From positions 6,448,001 to 6,512,000 of the forward strand of contig OX597838.1 of assembly GCA_951406725.2 (NCBI GenBank): a stretch of 64,000 bases of DNA, written 5' to 3'. A program made the position numbers and the translations under genes. Positions 27,454 to 43,093 of this stretch are shown piece by piece (position 1 is the stretch's first letter; each line of letters begins with the position of its first letter). Under the pieces are notes generated by a model that saw only the letters and a list, made by a program, of their open reading frames with translations, was not told where the DNA came from and searched no databases. Source of the DNA: Octopus vulgaris. Taxonomy: Eukaryota.

Positions 27454-28197
27454 ATGTGTATATTGTTTATGGTTCCTTTTTTCAGCCACGAGAGGAACAG
27501 GTAAAACCAGGATGTTAATGACAAAATCACTAGAGGTATATATATTATGCTAAGCATTTACATTATTACTCCCTTAATTTGAAAGTGGTTTCACGATTAT
27601 TCTACAAAACGCCCATAAATTTTCTCAGCATTTCCTGTTCCATTGATATTCCCATCTATGGACTTCAAAGGAAGAGCGATGAATCTCCACTCAGTTTAGT
27701 AACAGCCATATAAATAGCATTTTGATTAGCTTTCGTTGTTGTACAATTTATTTCGAAACTATTATCTGAAGTCACTTAATCACAGAGCAGGCTTAAAATA
27801 TTACAATTTCATATTTATCCCATTGCAAAATACGCAATATATGTACAGCAAAACGAAAGATAGGTTGGGGTTTTCACGAATCAATGAAAAACTAATAAAT
27901 GTAAACGATTCAGCAGATAAATATGAGATCAATCACTTTTTAATATTAAATTTAATGACATATTCTGTAAAATGACAGGAGCAATTTCAGAGATAGATTT
28001 AATTAGAAGCTTTCACAAAATCCGCCATGGTCAACGTTGCATTTTATCATTAATAGCTCTGCAGCTGTGGTATATAAGTTTGAGCTCAATCCCATGGCGC
28101 AGAACCTTATAAATCTGTCTTTTTCAGTGGCCCCGGTCCTAACTTGTCGACAGATTTCGTAGACAGAATCTAAAAGAATGTGGTGGTATATATATGC

Positions 28198-28237
<40 letters not shown>

Positions 28238-28280
28238 ATGTGTGTGTATGTGTGTGTGTTTGTGTGTGTATATATATATG

Positions 28281-28311
<31 letters not shown>

Positions 28312-28395
28312 GTATATATATACATATATATATATAGAAATTTATATATACAAACATTTATTGTATGTATATGTATCTATACATATGTATATATG

Positions 28396-28497
<102 letters not shown>

Positions 28498-29372
28498 CAT
28501 GTGTATGTGCGTGTCTACTCGATCTGCAGCCAGTCAGGGATTTTAAAGAAGTTCTCTGTGCAAAATGCTGCAAGTTGGCCAGGAAACCATGGAGACACAA
28601 ATGCGTAGAAAAAACATGCGACGAAATATTTTTAAATACGTTTGAACAAAATGCGTTTGTAATATTTCCCATTTGTGATCGAAAACTTGAATCGTGCCAT
28701 GAGAATTTGCCATTTACAGAAAAAATATATGGTTCCCAATCTAGAAACATACTAACGAATATTCATTCTGATATAAAAATCAATGACTACACGATAAAAA
28801 TCGATCTCAAATCAGTGTTTTTTTGTTCGCGTGAATAAACAGGACATCATATGAGTCTGTAGGCACGAAAATATATTTCTCTTCAGTTAAATATCAAAAA
28901 TAAATAAATATAATAATGTTAAACGAGCGGGATTTGATGACATTAATGCTTTACAGTAACCGGAGCGCTATACAGTCGACATACGCAGGAAAACGTTTTT
29001 TTTTTACGCATGTTTAACCTGAAATAAAAATAGTAATATATTAGATATTTCGGAATGTTTCTTGCATAGAAAGAAGAAAAACAGGCTTGAAATGTTATCT
29101 TAGTTAAATATCACAGTGTTAAAAATTGATGACAACTGTGGTGCGGAATTAGATATCAATATGAATTTTGAACACATGAATTTCAAGTTAAGAAGAAGTT
29201 TGCCTCGTAAACACCCGTCGTTCTGATGAAGAGGAAATGGCGGAAGAAAACATTAAGCGACTGACATACTATAGATATACAATGATTAATGTGTTGATAT
29301 TGATGAGATATATTACAAGAAGACCATAGTCTGCTATAACATATATCTATACATTTACCTAAGTGTATCTTC

Positions 29373-29475
<103 letters not shown>

Positions 29476-29542
29476 TGTTCGTATGTATGTGTGTATATAT
29501 GTATATATAGTTATTTCTTTTATACGTATTTTCGTATGTGTG

Positions 29543-29589
<47 letters not shown>

Positions 29590-30433
29590 GCATGCGTATA
29601 TTCATCACTATATACATATACACGCAACAAAACACATGCGGAGCTGAATGTCGCATAATTGTTTTTTTTTTTCTTTTAAAACAACTCGTAGTTTTAAAAC
29701 GATAAGAAAAGAAAAATGTTTTTCACTGAAATATATTTTCAATTTATTCTCGGGTTATCTGTCATTTTATGAGTAATAAATGTAAATAGAAATAGAGAGA
29801 ATTTTAATCTTGACTAATTTTTTAAACAATTTTAATTCAACTAACTTTAAACATCTGTGATATTAAACAGATAAGAGCAATTTATTTTTTAAATGCAATA
29901 TAATTTCAATTTTTTTTTTAGCACGCACGTCTACTGGTTACGTAAAACGACCAACATAGAATAGAAATTTCCATGTTTTAACTTCTTCATTGTTATCGAC
30001 AATAATTATTTGAAACTTTGGGACAAGGCCAGTAAAATTCCTTCCGTAGATGACTACAGGAAAAACACTAGGAAAGCGTTCATGATATGAGCACACCCCT
30101 GTAGAAATGTATATTGTGGTCGCGTTTGGATTTACCACCAGTTCGTAGCTTTTCAGCTTATTATTGTTATTACGTTTGTTCGGAAGGTAGTGAAGTTGAC
30201 GGAATCATTCAAGTATCTGGCAAAATGCTTACTGGTATTTCGTGTGAAAATTTTTGTCCTAAGCTCAAATCCTACAAAGGCCAGTTTTGGCTTTTCTCTG
30301 TATACGTGCTACTCTAGTGCTGGAGTGGATGTAAAAAATATACCCGTTCCCGCAAAATTGCTGTCCTTGTGACAAATTTAGAAGTGTTGTTGTATTTTGT
30401 ACAATATATACATATATATATATATACATATAT

Positions 30434-30729
30434 ATCAATGTGATCACGTGACTGTCCAGACCATCAGATGTTGCTACACACCGCTGGTCACAATGCGCTT
30501 CGCATTGTTTTAGCCTTCGAAAGGCGCCACCCCGCTGGCTAAGCGAGCAGGCCAACAGAAGAAAGAGTGAGAGAAAGTTGTGGCGAAACAGTACAGCAGG
30601 GATCGCCCCCACCCCACTGCCGGAGCCTCGTGGAGCTTTAGGTGTTTTCGCTCAATAAACACTCACGACGCCCGGTCTGGGAATCGAAACCGCGATCCTA
30701 CAACCGCCAGTCCGCTGCCCTAACCACTG
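30434..30729 (-). mobile_element. OR-like tRNA-Arg SINE, tail type alpha
   Basis: Shared head and body; the tail (30434-30555) also occurs alone at 34205-34325. Confidence 0.85.
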
Positions 30730-30819
30730 TTTCTCAGTTTCAAAATATTTAAATGTGGAAATATTGAAATACCGCCTTCACTGTAATTTTCCTACAAATC
30801 ATGTCAGAATGTTCATCCT

Positions 30820-30875
<56 letters not shown>

Positions 30876-31696
30876 CGTATATGTGTATGTGTATGTGTGT
30901 GTTTGCCAGTGTATGTTTTGTACATACATCAGCATCTATGAATATGTATGCATGTATTTATGTATGTTAGTATCTAATCTATGCATGTATGTAAGTATGT
31001 ACGTATGTCTGTATGGATAGTTGTTTATTTGTATAGATACAGAGAAATATCCTTACATCTCGTTTCTTTGTTGTCGGAATAGAAAGTTTTTCAGACCAGT
31101 TTAATTGTTTTTCTCTTTTTACGCTTGACATTTGCCTTGTCACTGCATTCTAAAGCATGTCATAATTATGCGTAAATATTTCTTGTCCCTTGAATTCTCA
31201 CCGACGTTCAATAGATATTTTTTTTTTTTCATTATTTTCTTAACCATCGACATTCTAAGATTTGCTCCTTGTGGATATTTTCTATAGAATATTTTTCCCA
31301 AATGTATTTGTTGCTGTTGCAGAAGAAATCACTACTTTTTTTTTTTGTTCTTTTGTTGGCTTCCCAGGAATAAGCTGATTGCTGATTGTTAGACGTGTTT
31401 ATATGTCAAACCTTTTTAAATGTTCCTATTTGTGCATTGATGATTACGAATTGGAGATGTTGATACAAGTACGAAATTCTATAACTAGCTGGGCCATAGG
31501 ATGAACAATATCGGTATTATCATATCTCTCTCGCTCACTCGTTTACATGCATACATTTTGACTGTCATCCTTCTCTCTCTCTCTCCTTTTCTCTCTATAT
31601 ATGTATGTGTATGTATAAATTTATATATATGTATGTATATTTATGTATGTATTATATATATATGTATTTATTTATCTATCTATTTATGTATCTCTA

Positions 31697-31765
<69 letters not shown>

Positions 31766-31950
31766 ATATATAAGCAAAAAATAACAGACTATCGATAGAT
31801 TGAGAGATGTCAATACCTTACAGCTCCTAGAAACAGTTGTCGTGAACGGACATTTATCCATCGACTTGTATCTACTTATTTGCTACTAATGCACCAAAAG
31901 GGATCCATGACCCGTCGGACATCCTAGAGTTTCCCAAACACCATATTATC

Positions 31951-32004
31951 AATACAACGTTCGCTTTGGACCAGCCGCTAGACTTTAAGTACTCGTCAGA
32001 TATA
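31951..32004 (-). ncRNA. Degenerate type I hammerhead motif in a (TA)n-flanked island (31774-32105)
   Basis: Minus strand ATAT-CTGACGA-G TACTTAAAGTCTAG CGG CTGGTCCAAAG C-GAA-CGTT-GTAT; one A of GAAA missing, long decayed stem II. Confidence 0.5.
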
Positions 32005-32273
32005 TATTCTCTGTGCACACAACCTAGATATTTTACTAGATCTACTTCAATATTGTGTATCTTTACACGTGTGACGGGTTGCTTACCGTTCAATTCGACC
32101 AAGCCTATATATATATATAATTTATATATATATATATATAATTTAATACCCGATTTTATCCTGAAAAAAAGCCAGAAATATATAGACATATATATTCAGC
32201 TTGTCAGAGCTTCCTAAAATTATAAAAATGACGTCAGTAGTCAAGAGCTCCACTCTGCTGTCAAGGATTACAA

Positions 32274-32320
32274 TTTGAAATCTGATGATTACTACGAATG
32301 TATGAAAGCGCTAACTGAGC
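32274..32320 (+). ncRNA. Degenerate hammerhead motif in a (TA)n-flanked island (32141-32398)
   Basis: CTGATGA (32282-88)-TTAC-TACGAAT-GTAT-GAAA-GCG-CTA; palindromic AGCGCT stem III; stem I poorly paired. Confidence 0.45.
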
Positions 32321-32393
32321 GTTATGAACATTACGATACATTTATTTTAAAGTTTAACACACTTCAACATATGGAAACCAGACCATGTTTTAA

Positions 32394-32471
<78 letters not shown>

Positions 32472-34151
32472 TACATACATATAGAGAGAGTAGATACACT
32501 CTACAAATTTGTTATATAACCGCAGCCGCATTGCTGGGACGTATATAAGGTAAAAGAATCAAAGAACACACGCACTCACTCACTCTTCTTCTCTCTCTCC
32601 CACACACACTCGCACAAACACACACAAATATGCATATATATATATATGTGTGTATAGAATGAGAGAGTGAGAGAGAGAGAGAAAGTGTCCACATGTATTC
32701 AAAGCACAGGCTAAACTCTGCTCTATTCAAATATTTCGACGCTAGCGAGTTGTGCTAAAATTTTAATATAATTCCATAATATTCCTCGACGAATATGGAA
32801 TACTACAAATGAGTGGGGCATCCTATTTTGCTGAGATATTTGCCGTTATACTGCCATATACTGAGTTTGTAAGAAAAGGTGAAAGATGCAGGAAGTATGC
32901 ATTATTAAATGGGCCAATGTGATCAAGTGTTATTTTAATGACAGCGCGATGAAATGATTGGGAAATAAATATCATAAAGAAAAGAAGAAACGAAAGAAGA
33001 GGACAACGAATTTATTAATGACGATAAGAATGGTAGAAACTAATTTGTAATATGTTGATATATTAATTTTGGCAAAACATATTAGTTGCTATTTTTGATG
33101 TTAATGTTATTTCGTACGCTTTCCGCCATGGCCGTTTAGCTGCATTTTCTCTTTCATATCATTTAGAAAAAGTGATGGACAATTAAATGTGAGATGATTT
33201 ATAAAATGAAACATAAACGATGAGAAATGCTATCAATATGGTATTTATAAAATATTGAATTCAGAATGATATTATGGTAACTATTAGGTTTCATAGATAA
33301 AAGAGTTATTATGCGGATATTAAGAATTTTAAATACGTTATTGAATATTAAATTATAATACTGTTAGTTCTATCTTTGGTGTACATTGTTAACATGAAAT
33401 TTCAAAGATGTAGGGGTGGATATGAATTATTGTCTTCATAGATAAGCAACATGAAATATTCTGATATTGTGGAAAACATGTCTCTCAGAATTTCAAATTC
33501 TTCTGCAAACAAATAATCAACTAAAGTACAATGTACAAAGCTGACATTTTGTTAAAAAGTGATTTTCGCTAAAAAAATATTACAAACGGGGGAACTACAA
33601 AGGAGAGAAATTTAGCATTACCCTTACCAAATAAACACTTAAATATATTTAACTAGAGTCCAATTATAGTGTTTTATTCAACGCCACTTAACTTCAAAGG
33701 AACATCTTTAAAATGAAAAAAAAAAGGAAACATCTATGAGAAAATCGCCACCGCCCCACAAACAAAGGGGGAAAATGACAACGACTGAAATTTGAGTTAA
33801 TGAATCGAATTTCACAACTGATGCGAAATATCGAGTGAAAAATGAAATATATCAATGAGAAATATTAAGGCTCAACTCAAGAAAAAGCATACGAATATAT
33901 CTCTCTCACATTATCTGTATATATAATTAGATATATATACCCACACACACACACACACACATGTATATTTGTGTTCAAAAACATATACATACACTTCAGA
34001 GTTGGTAGCAGTTTTGCTCCCTTGCTCGCAATTTTATTGAATGTAACTCTGCATCATTAACATGCTATGGGAGATGACCTCTTGGGGTTAAAAAAATTGC
34101 AGTAGAGTCCACTGGATCTGACTGCCATGTTTAAGTGACTACGAGCATATA

Positions 34152-34200
<49 letters not shown>

Positions 34201-34204
34201 GTAT

Positions 34205-34325
34205 CACTGTGATCACCGTGACCGACCAGGCTATCAGATGATGCTACACATCGCTGGTCACAATGTACTTCTCATTTCTTTAGCCTTCAAATGACGCCAC
34301 CACGCTGGCTAAGCAAGCAGGCCAA
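34205..34325 (-). mobile_element. 5'-truncated OR-like SINE (alpha tail only) in (TA)n
   Basis: Matches 30438-30555. Confidence 0.8.
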
Positions 34326-34424
34326 TATATATATATAAAAATATATGTGTGTGTGTATTTATATATATAGGTATATATATATATATATATATGTAATTAT
34401 TTTTATTTTATCGCAATTTGATTT

Positions 34425-34495
<71 letters not shown>

Positions 34496-35436
34496 TAGCG
34501 ACATGATGACACCAAAGGATGGTGCAATGCCTTCAGTTATTTGGGCAAAGTTAACCCATCGATCATATAGTCTTATAATATGAGGTTACCGATGATAGAA
34601 AACCGTGTCGTAGCTAATTTGAGAACTTTAGAGTAAAATACGGAATAATTCTTGAAATGTCTGATTCCAAATATCATCGTTCCAAATCACGTACCTTGTT
34701 ACACGTGGTCACTTAAATACCACATAACCCCCGATTCTTTCTTTCACTCACTTTCTCTTTCTTTCTCTCACTCTGTACTTTTCCTTGTCACAATTTTCTG
34801 TCACGCACACATGGACACACATTCGAACGGAAAGACAAACCTCCAGAGGACAAACGTACGAAGATAAGAGACATATTTCTGTAATGTTATTTAAATATTC
34901 TTGAAAGGTTTATTTTCCCGACGTAATTAATAATAGAATATTTCTAAGATAACATTTCATTAATTTTTCAGTTGTTATTATTTAAATATAATATACGATG
35001 AACAGTGACATAAACTTTCATAGCATATTGCTTAAGGCAACTTCAAAATTTATTTACATGATTGCGATGTTTATTATACTGCCTTTGTTTTTGTTTAGTT
35101 AGATAACAGGGTAAAGACATTACAAGGATAGGTAGAGCGGATGATGAGAAAAATAAAATAGAATGAAATAAAATAAAATAAAATGGGATAAGATGTGATA
35201 GAGGAAAAATGTAATAAAATGAAGTGAAACAATACAGAAGACAATAAAGGTAGTAGAGTACAATTTTGAATTTTCTGTAATAGGTTGGTGGAAACAAAAT
35301 TTTAATGTTCGGGGACATGAAAGTTCTACAAAAAATATAAAGGAGTGCAGGTTGTTCCGCAAGAAATTGTGGAAAACCCATGTGCACGACAGTGAAGCCG
35401 AGAATATAACAACTGATTCCACGACACTTACATGTC

Positions 35437-35482
<46 letters not shown>

Positions 35483-35931
35483 GATTTGGTCGAATAAGTA
35501 GATATTGTTTTAAGGTCTAATGTTGATTTATATTATCTGATCCTCATATCTCTACGTGAAGAGAAATCGACGCTTTTTTTCTTATGCAGTGTCTATAGAT
35601 TTTATATGACAGTATGTTACCTCTTACAAATGATAACTTCGAATCATGCCAATACGTCAGTGGCATCATAAATATATCATAATTAGCTCTGGAACCAGCA
35701 ACTGTTATCTTGCAATATGATAGCCGACTTATAACTATTATGACAAGGGATAACAAACTTCAGTGGACTCATGTATTAAGGACAAGTCTAGATTTAACAT
35801 ATCTTTCACACCATTTTCTACTTTAATATAAAAGTATAGCAACGGTAATTCTGTACATGGGATAAGATGCGATAAAGAAGAGAAATGGAAGAAAATGAAG
35901 TGAAATAATACACAACGCTATAAAGGTAGTA

Positions 35932-36158
35932 ATTGGCAGAAACGTTAGCGCGCCTGGCGAAATACTTACCGGTATTTCTCCTGCCGCTACGTTCTGAGTT
36001 CAAATTCCGCCGAGGTCGACTTTGCCTTTCATCCTTTCGGGGTCGATTAAATAAGTACCAGTTACGCACTGGGGTCGATGTAATCGAATTTATCCGTTTC
36101 TCTATCCTTGTTTGTCCTCTCTGTGTTTAGCCCGTTGTGGGTAGTAAAAGAAATAGGT
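35932..36158 (+). mobile_element. SINE family C
   Basis: Matches 22577-22807. Confidence 0.85.
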
Positions 36159-36789
36159 AATTCTCTACACGTATTTGATCAAGTCATTGGTCATTTCACA
36201 GGGAGTTCTCCTCGATGAAACCTCTAAGTGCGAATCAAAATATTGATCTTTCGTATGATTTCAGTACGGTTTATGTAAAACCGATCTTGACATAGGGTGC
36301 AAATATAGGAATATGTAAAAAATGGTAGGGTTCATAGTTCCCTGAGTCGCGAACATCACTAACGCTGTCTTGAGGAAAGACAGAAAATACAATGAGTGTC
36401 TTGAATACTGTGAATAGATTTGAGGAATTATACGTTCCTGCAGAGACACGTATATGTAGGATTTGTTGGTTGTAAGGTTCACTAGATACTCAAATATTTG
36501 GGACTTGAAGGAGATGAAAGATGCGGAAGCTGCTGAAGAAGTAAATATTTATATCTGCCACAGGAGTGGTGATGGGAATAGAAACATTTGGCCCACATTC
36601 ACTACATTTGACGCAACAATGCTCGAGATGTTGTGTAGGAGGTCTCTCTGGAGTCGTGTCTGAAAGAGCCGAATAATCTACACAGCTCTTTAACCGCTTG
36701 GTGAAGACACTTTCTACATCCGGAGACGAAGTATAGCTGCACTTTCGGTACATACTTGCTACCCTAAATGTATTGTGGTCGCCGTAAGA

Positions 36790-37115
36790 TGAAACCCTTC
36801 ACTTTTCGGGCTTGAATAGCCATGGGATTGCACTTACAAAGTTACCCCCACAGCCACAGGTCCTGGCAATGTTGTGTACGGAAGTCCGGCTATCACCCAT
36901 GCATAGCAGACTCTTCTCTCCACGCCAGAGATGGTACCCAAAGGAAATGCTGAGACTAATATATCTTGGTATCAGTGATCTCACAGTTCATTTCTACAGC
37001 TGAGTGAACTGGAGCAACGTGAAATAAAGTGTCTTGCTCAAGAACAAAATATACACACCCAAGTACAGGTATCGAATTCACAACTTCATGATTATGAGTC
37101 TGATGCTGTAACCAA
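36790..37115 (-). mobile_element. Old tRNA-derived CORE-like SINE family D
   Basis: Minus strand TTCGATACC B-box-like motif, then CTTGAGCAAGACACTTTATTTCACGTTGCTCCAGTTCACTCAGCTG; relatives at 41933-42090 and about 48880-49100. Confidence 0.6.
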
Positions 37116-37539
37116 AGAGAATTACACTTCCGTAGAGTTTATCTAAAAAAGCAAAAAACAAAAAAAAACACTCCCTTTCTTAGAATATTTTCACGTGATT
37201 TTTTGAAGATTCGGTTGTTATGTTCAGCAACAAGTTGAGAAAAAATATGAAGCCAACTTCACTAGAGTCAATTGTATCAAATTTCTATGCTGTGCACGCA
37301 ATAAGTACTATTATAAATCTAAGTGAAAATATTGTTTATTGTTAACTATTAAGTAGTAAGATTTCGTTTTGGTCTGAAAAATACCCCTCGGTCATTATAC
37401 GAATCTCTCTTTAATCAGAAGGAAATTAAGCGCGAGTAGAATTCTATATTTAAAAATGTTTTACAATCACAGCTGTTATATTTTTCCATTACGCCAGATA
37501 AGTTATCATTAACTCAAGCCGAATATCGATTGCATAGTT

Positions 37540-38855
<1,316 letters not shown>

Positions 38856-39289
38856 TGTGTATTACATCAGGACCAAAAAGGAGAAAGCGTGGTGGCGTCG
38901 ATACGGAATATCGCTACTTTAAAGAACTCGTATTTGCGATCAACAAGCTCTTAGTTCGATCCCCTGTACTGCATATTAAATTTGGCAAATTCTATTAACG
39001 CTTGATGTAACAGGAATTAGGTCGAAATTATCTGTATTGAGTCTGGTCAAATAGATAGTACCAGTAATACAATAGTCGTCTTTGGCACATACGTTTCAAC
39101 AGTGATAGTCGAAGGTGATTGCATAAATCTTAAGTGTTACCTTTCCGTTAAACTGGAAAGATCTGTTTGGACATTACGAGCGCGAGACATTTCTTACATA
39201 GTAAAATAACGACATACAGAGATGCATTCCAGATGTTTCAAGACATATTTCTTTAACAAATCTGTGATGTCGTGTAGCAGAAGTACTCC

Positions 39290-40187
39290 ATGCTCACAAT
39301 TAGGTCTTTTCTCTTGAATAACCGTTTTGAGTCGTTCCATGTATTGATCTTAGAGTTCCGCGTTAACCGTTTGGTTCCGTTCAAGCAAATCGTAATGGGT
39401 AATCCCTTCCCAGTCCTATCATGGGCACAGCGTCTTTTTACGCGGATGAAAGTCTTGTTTTACGCGTGGTGTCGCTTGTTTACCGGGGCTAAGCCATTCC
39501 TTTCGCTACTTCATATTGATGAACAGGCACCAGTTTCGTCGCCAGTAAAGATTTCGTAAAGAAATCGCTGCTTGTGACCATGAGTTCAGCAGTGACGAGC
39601 ATGCAAACCAACGGAGATTGTGGTTCGTTGATTTTTGTTGTTGTCACTTAAACCATGCAAAACCCATGATCCATACTTCTGAACATTTCCCATCGAGTGA
39701 AGATGCATCTCTTTAGTAATGTGGGAGCATTCCATTTTCTCTGCCAGTTCCCTTTCTGTTATTTGACGAGAATTTTCGTGCAAAATTTGGTTTATTCGTT
39801 CTTCATCGAACACAAGTGGACGGCCAGAACGAGGTGCGCCTTTGAGGTAAAATTTCTATTTTTGAACTTGGCATACCGATCACTAGCGTTTCTATCAGCT
39901 ATAACACCCTCTCCATACACAGCACAAATGTTGTGAGTAGCTTTTGCGCCCTTAGAACCTTGATTAAAATCGAAAGAAGGAGGTGTCGAAAACGCTCGTT
40001 TATTTAAACTTGACATTCCATTTTAATGATTTGAAAATAAACAAAAATTAACTGGAAAAAGAAAATAGATTCCAAAATGATTCAAAACTAGAATTCTGGA
40101 AAAAACCCCAAAATATTCCAATATTTAAAAACGCGATAAATTCCAAAATAATAAAAAAACGACAGGAAGATAGTTGGCAAGCGAATA
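39290..40187 (-). mobile_element. Mariner transposon 5' relic: TIR plus frameshifted transposase (two HTH regions, WVPHEL-like linker, start of the DDD domain)
   Basis: ATHNICAVYGEGVIA...YAKFK; RQITERELAEKM...HLHSMG...YGSWVLHGLS; TGDETW; EWLSPGKQATPRVKQDFHPRK; TIR-like TA|TTCGCTTGCCAACTATCTTCCTGTCG at 40160-40187. Confidence 0.88.
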
Positions 40188-40201
40188 TGTATACCATATA
40201 T

Positions 40202-40241
<40 letters not shown>

Positions 40242-40458
40242 CTACTTACGGCAGGAGGCACAAAGGAATGCCGTTCCATCCTACTCACCAATTTACAAGA
40301 AACTTTGCACCAAAAGTTAATCACACTTAGCGGCATTCCTGCAAAATTGACTGGTTAGAACCAGTGGCAAATAACAGACATTAGAAAGAAGAGATTACGT
40401 AGCTTATAATTATAGTTGTATTCTGATATCTCTTTTCATCTCGTGGCACTTCATTGGT

Positions 40459-40817
40459 TAAGAAGACGAGGATTCCGGTTGATACAACCAACGGAATAGC
40501 TTGCTCGTGAAATCAACGTGCAAGCGGAAGAGCACTTCACAGAAACGTATACCCTTAACGTAGTTCTCGGGTAAATTCAGCGTGACACAGAGCGTGACAA
40601 GGCTCCCCCTTTGAAATACAGGTTCAGCAGAAACAGGAAGAAAGTTTGATAGAAAGTTGTGGTGAAAGAGAACAGCAGGGTTCGCCACAACTACATACCG
40701 GAACTTCCTGGAGCTTTTGCAGTGTTTTCGGTCAATAAACACTCACAACGCCCGGTCTGGGAATCGAACCCACGATCCTACGACCGCGAGTCCGCTGCCC
40801 CTAACCACCGGGCCATT
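40459..40817 (-). mobile_element. OR-like tRNA-Arg SINE, tail type beta (diverged copy)
   Basis: Colinear with 43094-43482. Confidence 0.85.
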
Positions 40818-41242
40818 ACTAATCCTAACATGAAATGCGTTCAGTTATGATTAGTTAAAAGTACAACATTAGTCTGTTCTGTTGTGTAGTGTTAACTAAT
40901 ATTACGTTATACATTACACTTTTTACTGAAACGCTAAATCGTAGTAGCTCTACTACACTTTATCAATAATAGTGGACTAAAAATGTTTCGGAAGAATAGT
41001 GAGTAACATACATATGTATAAACGTGAGTTTTTTCTGAAATAGCTTATAGGCTTCTTACATTAAAATCCTGCTCAGCAAGATATTTTATTTTAAGGACCC
41101 TATTGTATGCTATATCAGAAAAGTTTCAATTTTAATGTACTGGTAGATATCTAAGCGTATATCGCCTTGAGTAAATACATGACATAGCTAAGTACCAAGC
41201 AAATATGCAGACATTATGGATTGGAGACTGTGAGCAGTATGC

Positions 41243-41284
<42 letters not shown>

Positions 41285-41309
41285 TTTACATATGCACACA
41301 CACACATAG

Positions 41310-41405
<96 letters not shown>

Positions 41406-41932
41406 ACTGTGCATGTGCGTATGAATGTATTTATGTATGTATATTTGTATGCATACATGTATGTATATATGTGTGTATGCATGTGTGCGTGTGTATTTTA
41501 TACCAAAATTCAATGTTTTGTACACGTAGGATTAATATAATAGATATCTGGGGAAGTTTCTGCTGATGGAAAATGGTTTGTAGTATAGCGATATATTTGG
41601 ACTCCATCAGAACAAGGGCTGACAATACACTTGAACAGATCCCACTGTTTCTTCGTGTGATAAAGAAACTCGGGAATATATTTCATAGCTATAAAAATAT
41701 GGACTGTTATAGATACATATTCGGATAATAGAATATATTTCATCTTTTACTTGCTTCACTCATTGGACTGCAGCCATGACTATTCACCTGCGTGAAAGGC
41801 CTTTGACGAACCGATCGCGTTCATTTGCGATATATTTACCTTATCGTACGCTTTTGCCGATAGAGTATGATAGCGAGAATTTTTACTTCACTTTTCTCCG
41901 TCCACTCAGGTATAGAAATGTATACAACTAGT

Positions 41933-42090
41933 GGAGAAGCATCACTTAGTGGTTAGCGTGTTGGATTCATGACCGTAACATTGTGGTTCGAGCCCAAGAC
42001 CGGGCGATAGCTTGTGCTCTGAAGCAAAACACTTTATTTCGCGTTGCACCAGTTCACTGAGCTGTGGCGATGAGTTGAACCTGATGAGGA
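41933..42090 (+). mobile_element. SINE family D fragment, nested among decayed family B pieces (about 41745-42445)
   Basis: TAGTGGTTAG A-box-like and GGTTCGAGCCC B box; CACTTTATTTCGCGTTGCACCAGTTCACT. Confidence 0.6.
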
Positions 42091-42471
42091 ATGTGCATCA
42101 CCGGGCTTTCTCGAACAAGATACGCTACATGGCTGCAGCGGCCGAAACCCCCCAAGTGGTTAAGGGACATGTCAATTGTCAACCTTTTGCCGAACAGCTA
42201 AATTAAGGGGTCGTAAAATATTTACTGTCGTGATTTTTCCGGGGACCAACACAGTGACTCACAGACAGACATAAACACAAGCAGACATCAACACGCACAC
42301 AGCCATATATGCCGAAGGCTTCAGTCATTCTCCAATTTCATTTTGGACAGCCCCATGCAAGACAAGTGCCAAACGTTCACGAAGTGGGACCGATCCTAGA
42401 ACCATATCGGTGCTAGCAAAAATTTTACGACACAACTCTGCCAGCGTAAACTCTGTATATATATGTTTGCA

Positions 42472-42884
42472 TAAGGCGGCGAGCTGGCAGAGACGTTAGC
42501 ACACCGGGCGAAATGCTTAGCGTTATTTCGTCTGCCGATACGATCTGTGTTCAAATTCCACCAAGGTCGACTTTGCCTTTAATCATTTCAGCGTCTATCA
42601 AATAAGTACCAGTTACGCACTGGAGTCGATGTAATCGACTTAATCCCTTTGTCTGTCCTTGTTTGTCCTCTCTGTGTGTAGCTCCTTGTGGGTAGTAAAG
42701 AAATAGGTCTGTCGTTACGTTCTGAGTTCAAATTCCGCCGAGGTCGACTTTATTTTTATCCTTTCGAGGTCGATGAATAAAGTACCAGTTTCGCACTGGG
42801 GTTGATGTAATCGACTTAATCCTTTTGTCTGTCCTTTGTTTGTCCGCTCTACGTTTAGCCCATTGAGGGCAATAAAGAAATTTA
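42472..42884 (+). mobile_element. SINE family C head-to-tail dimer within one 16-bp TSD
   Basis: TATATATATGTTTGCA at 42456-42471 and 42885-42900; second unit starts at about 42707. Confidence 0.85.
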
Positions 42885-43093
42885 TATATATATGTTTGCA
42901 CCAAAATATCGGCAGTTTAATGACAAAAGGAAGTAAAATATAAAGATGAAAGATACATATGTATTTTCCCACACACACCACACGCACCACATTTCAGAGA
43001 AACAGTGAAGCAGGGATTCTATTCGTAAGAAGAAACGATAGTTAAATATATGGTAAAATATTTAATGAATGGATTTTCTGCTGTGAATGATAT

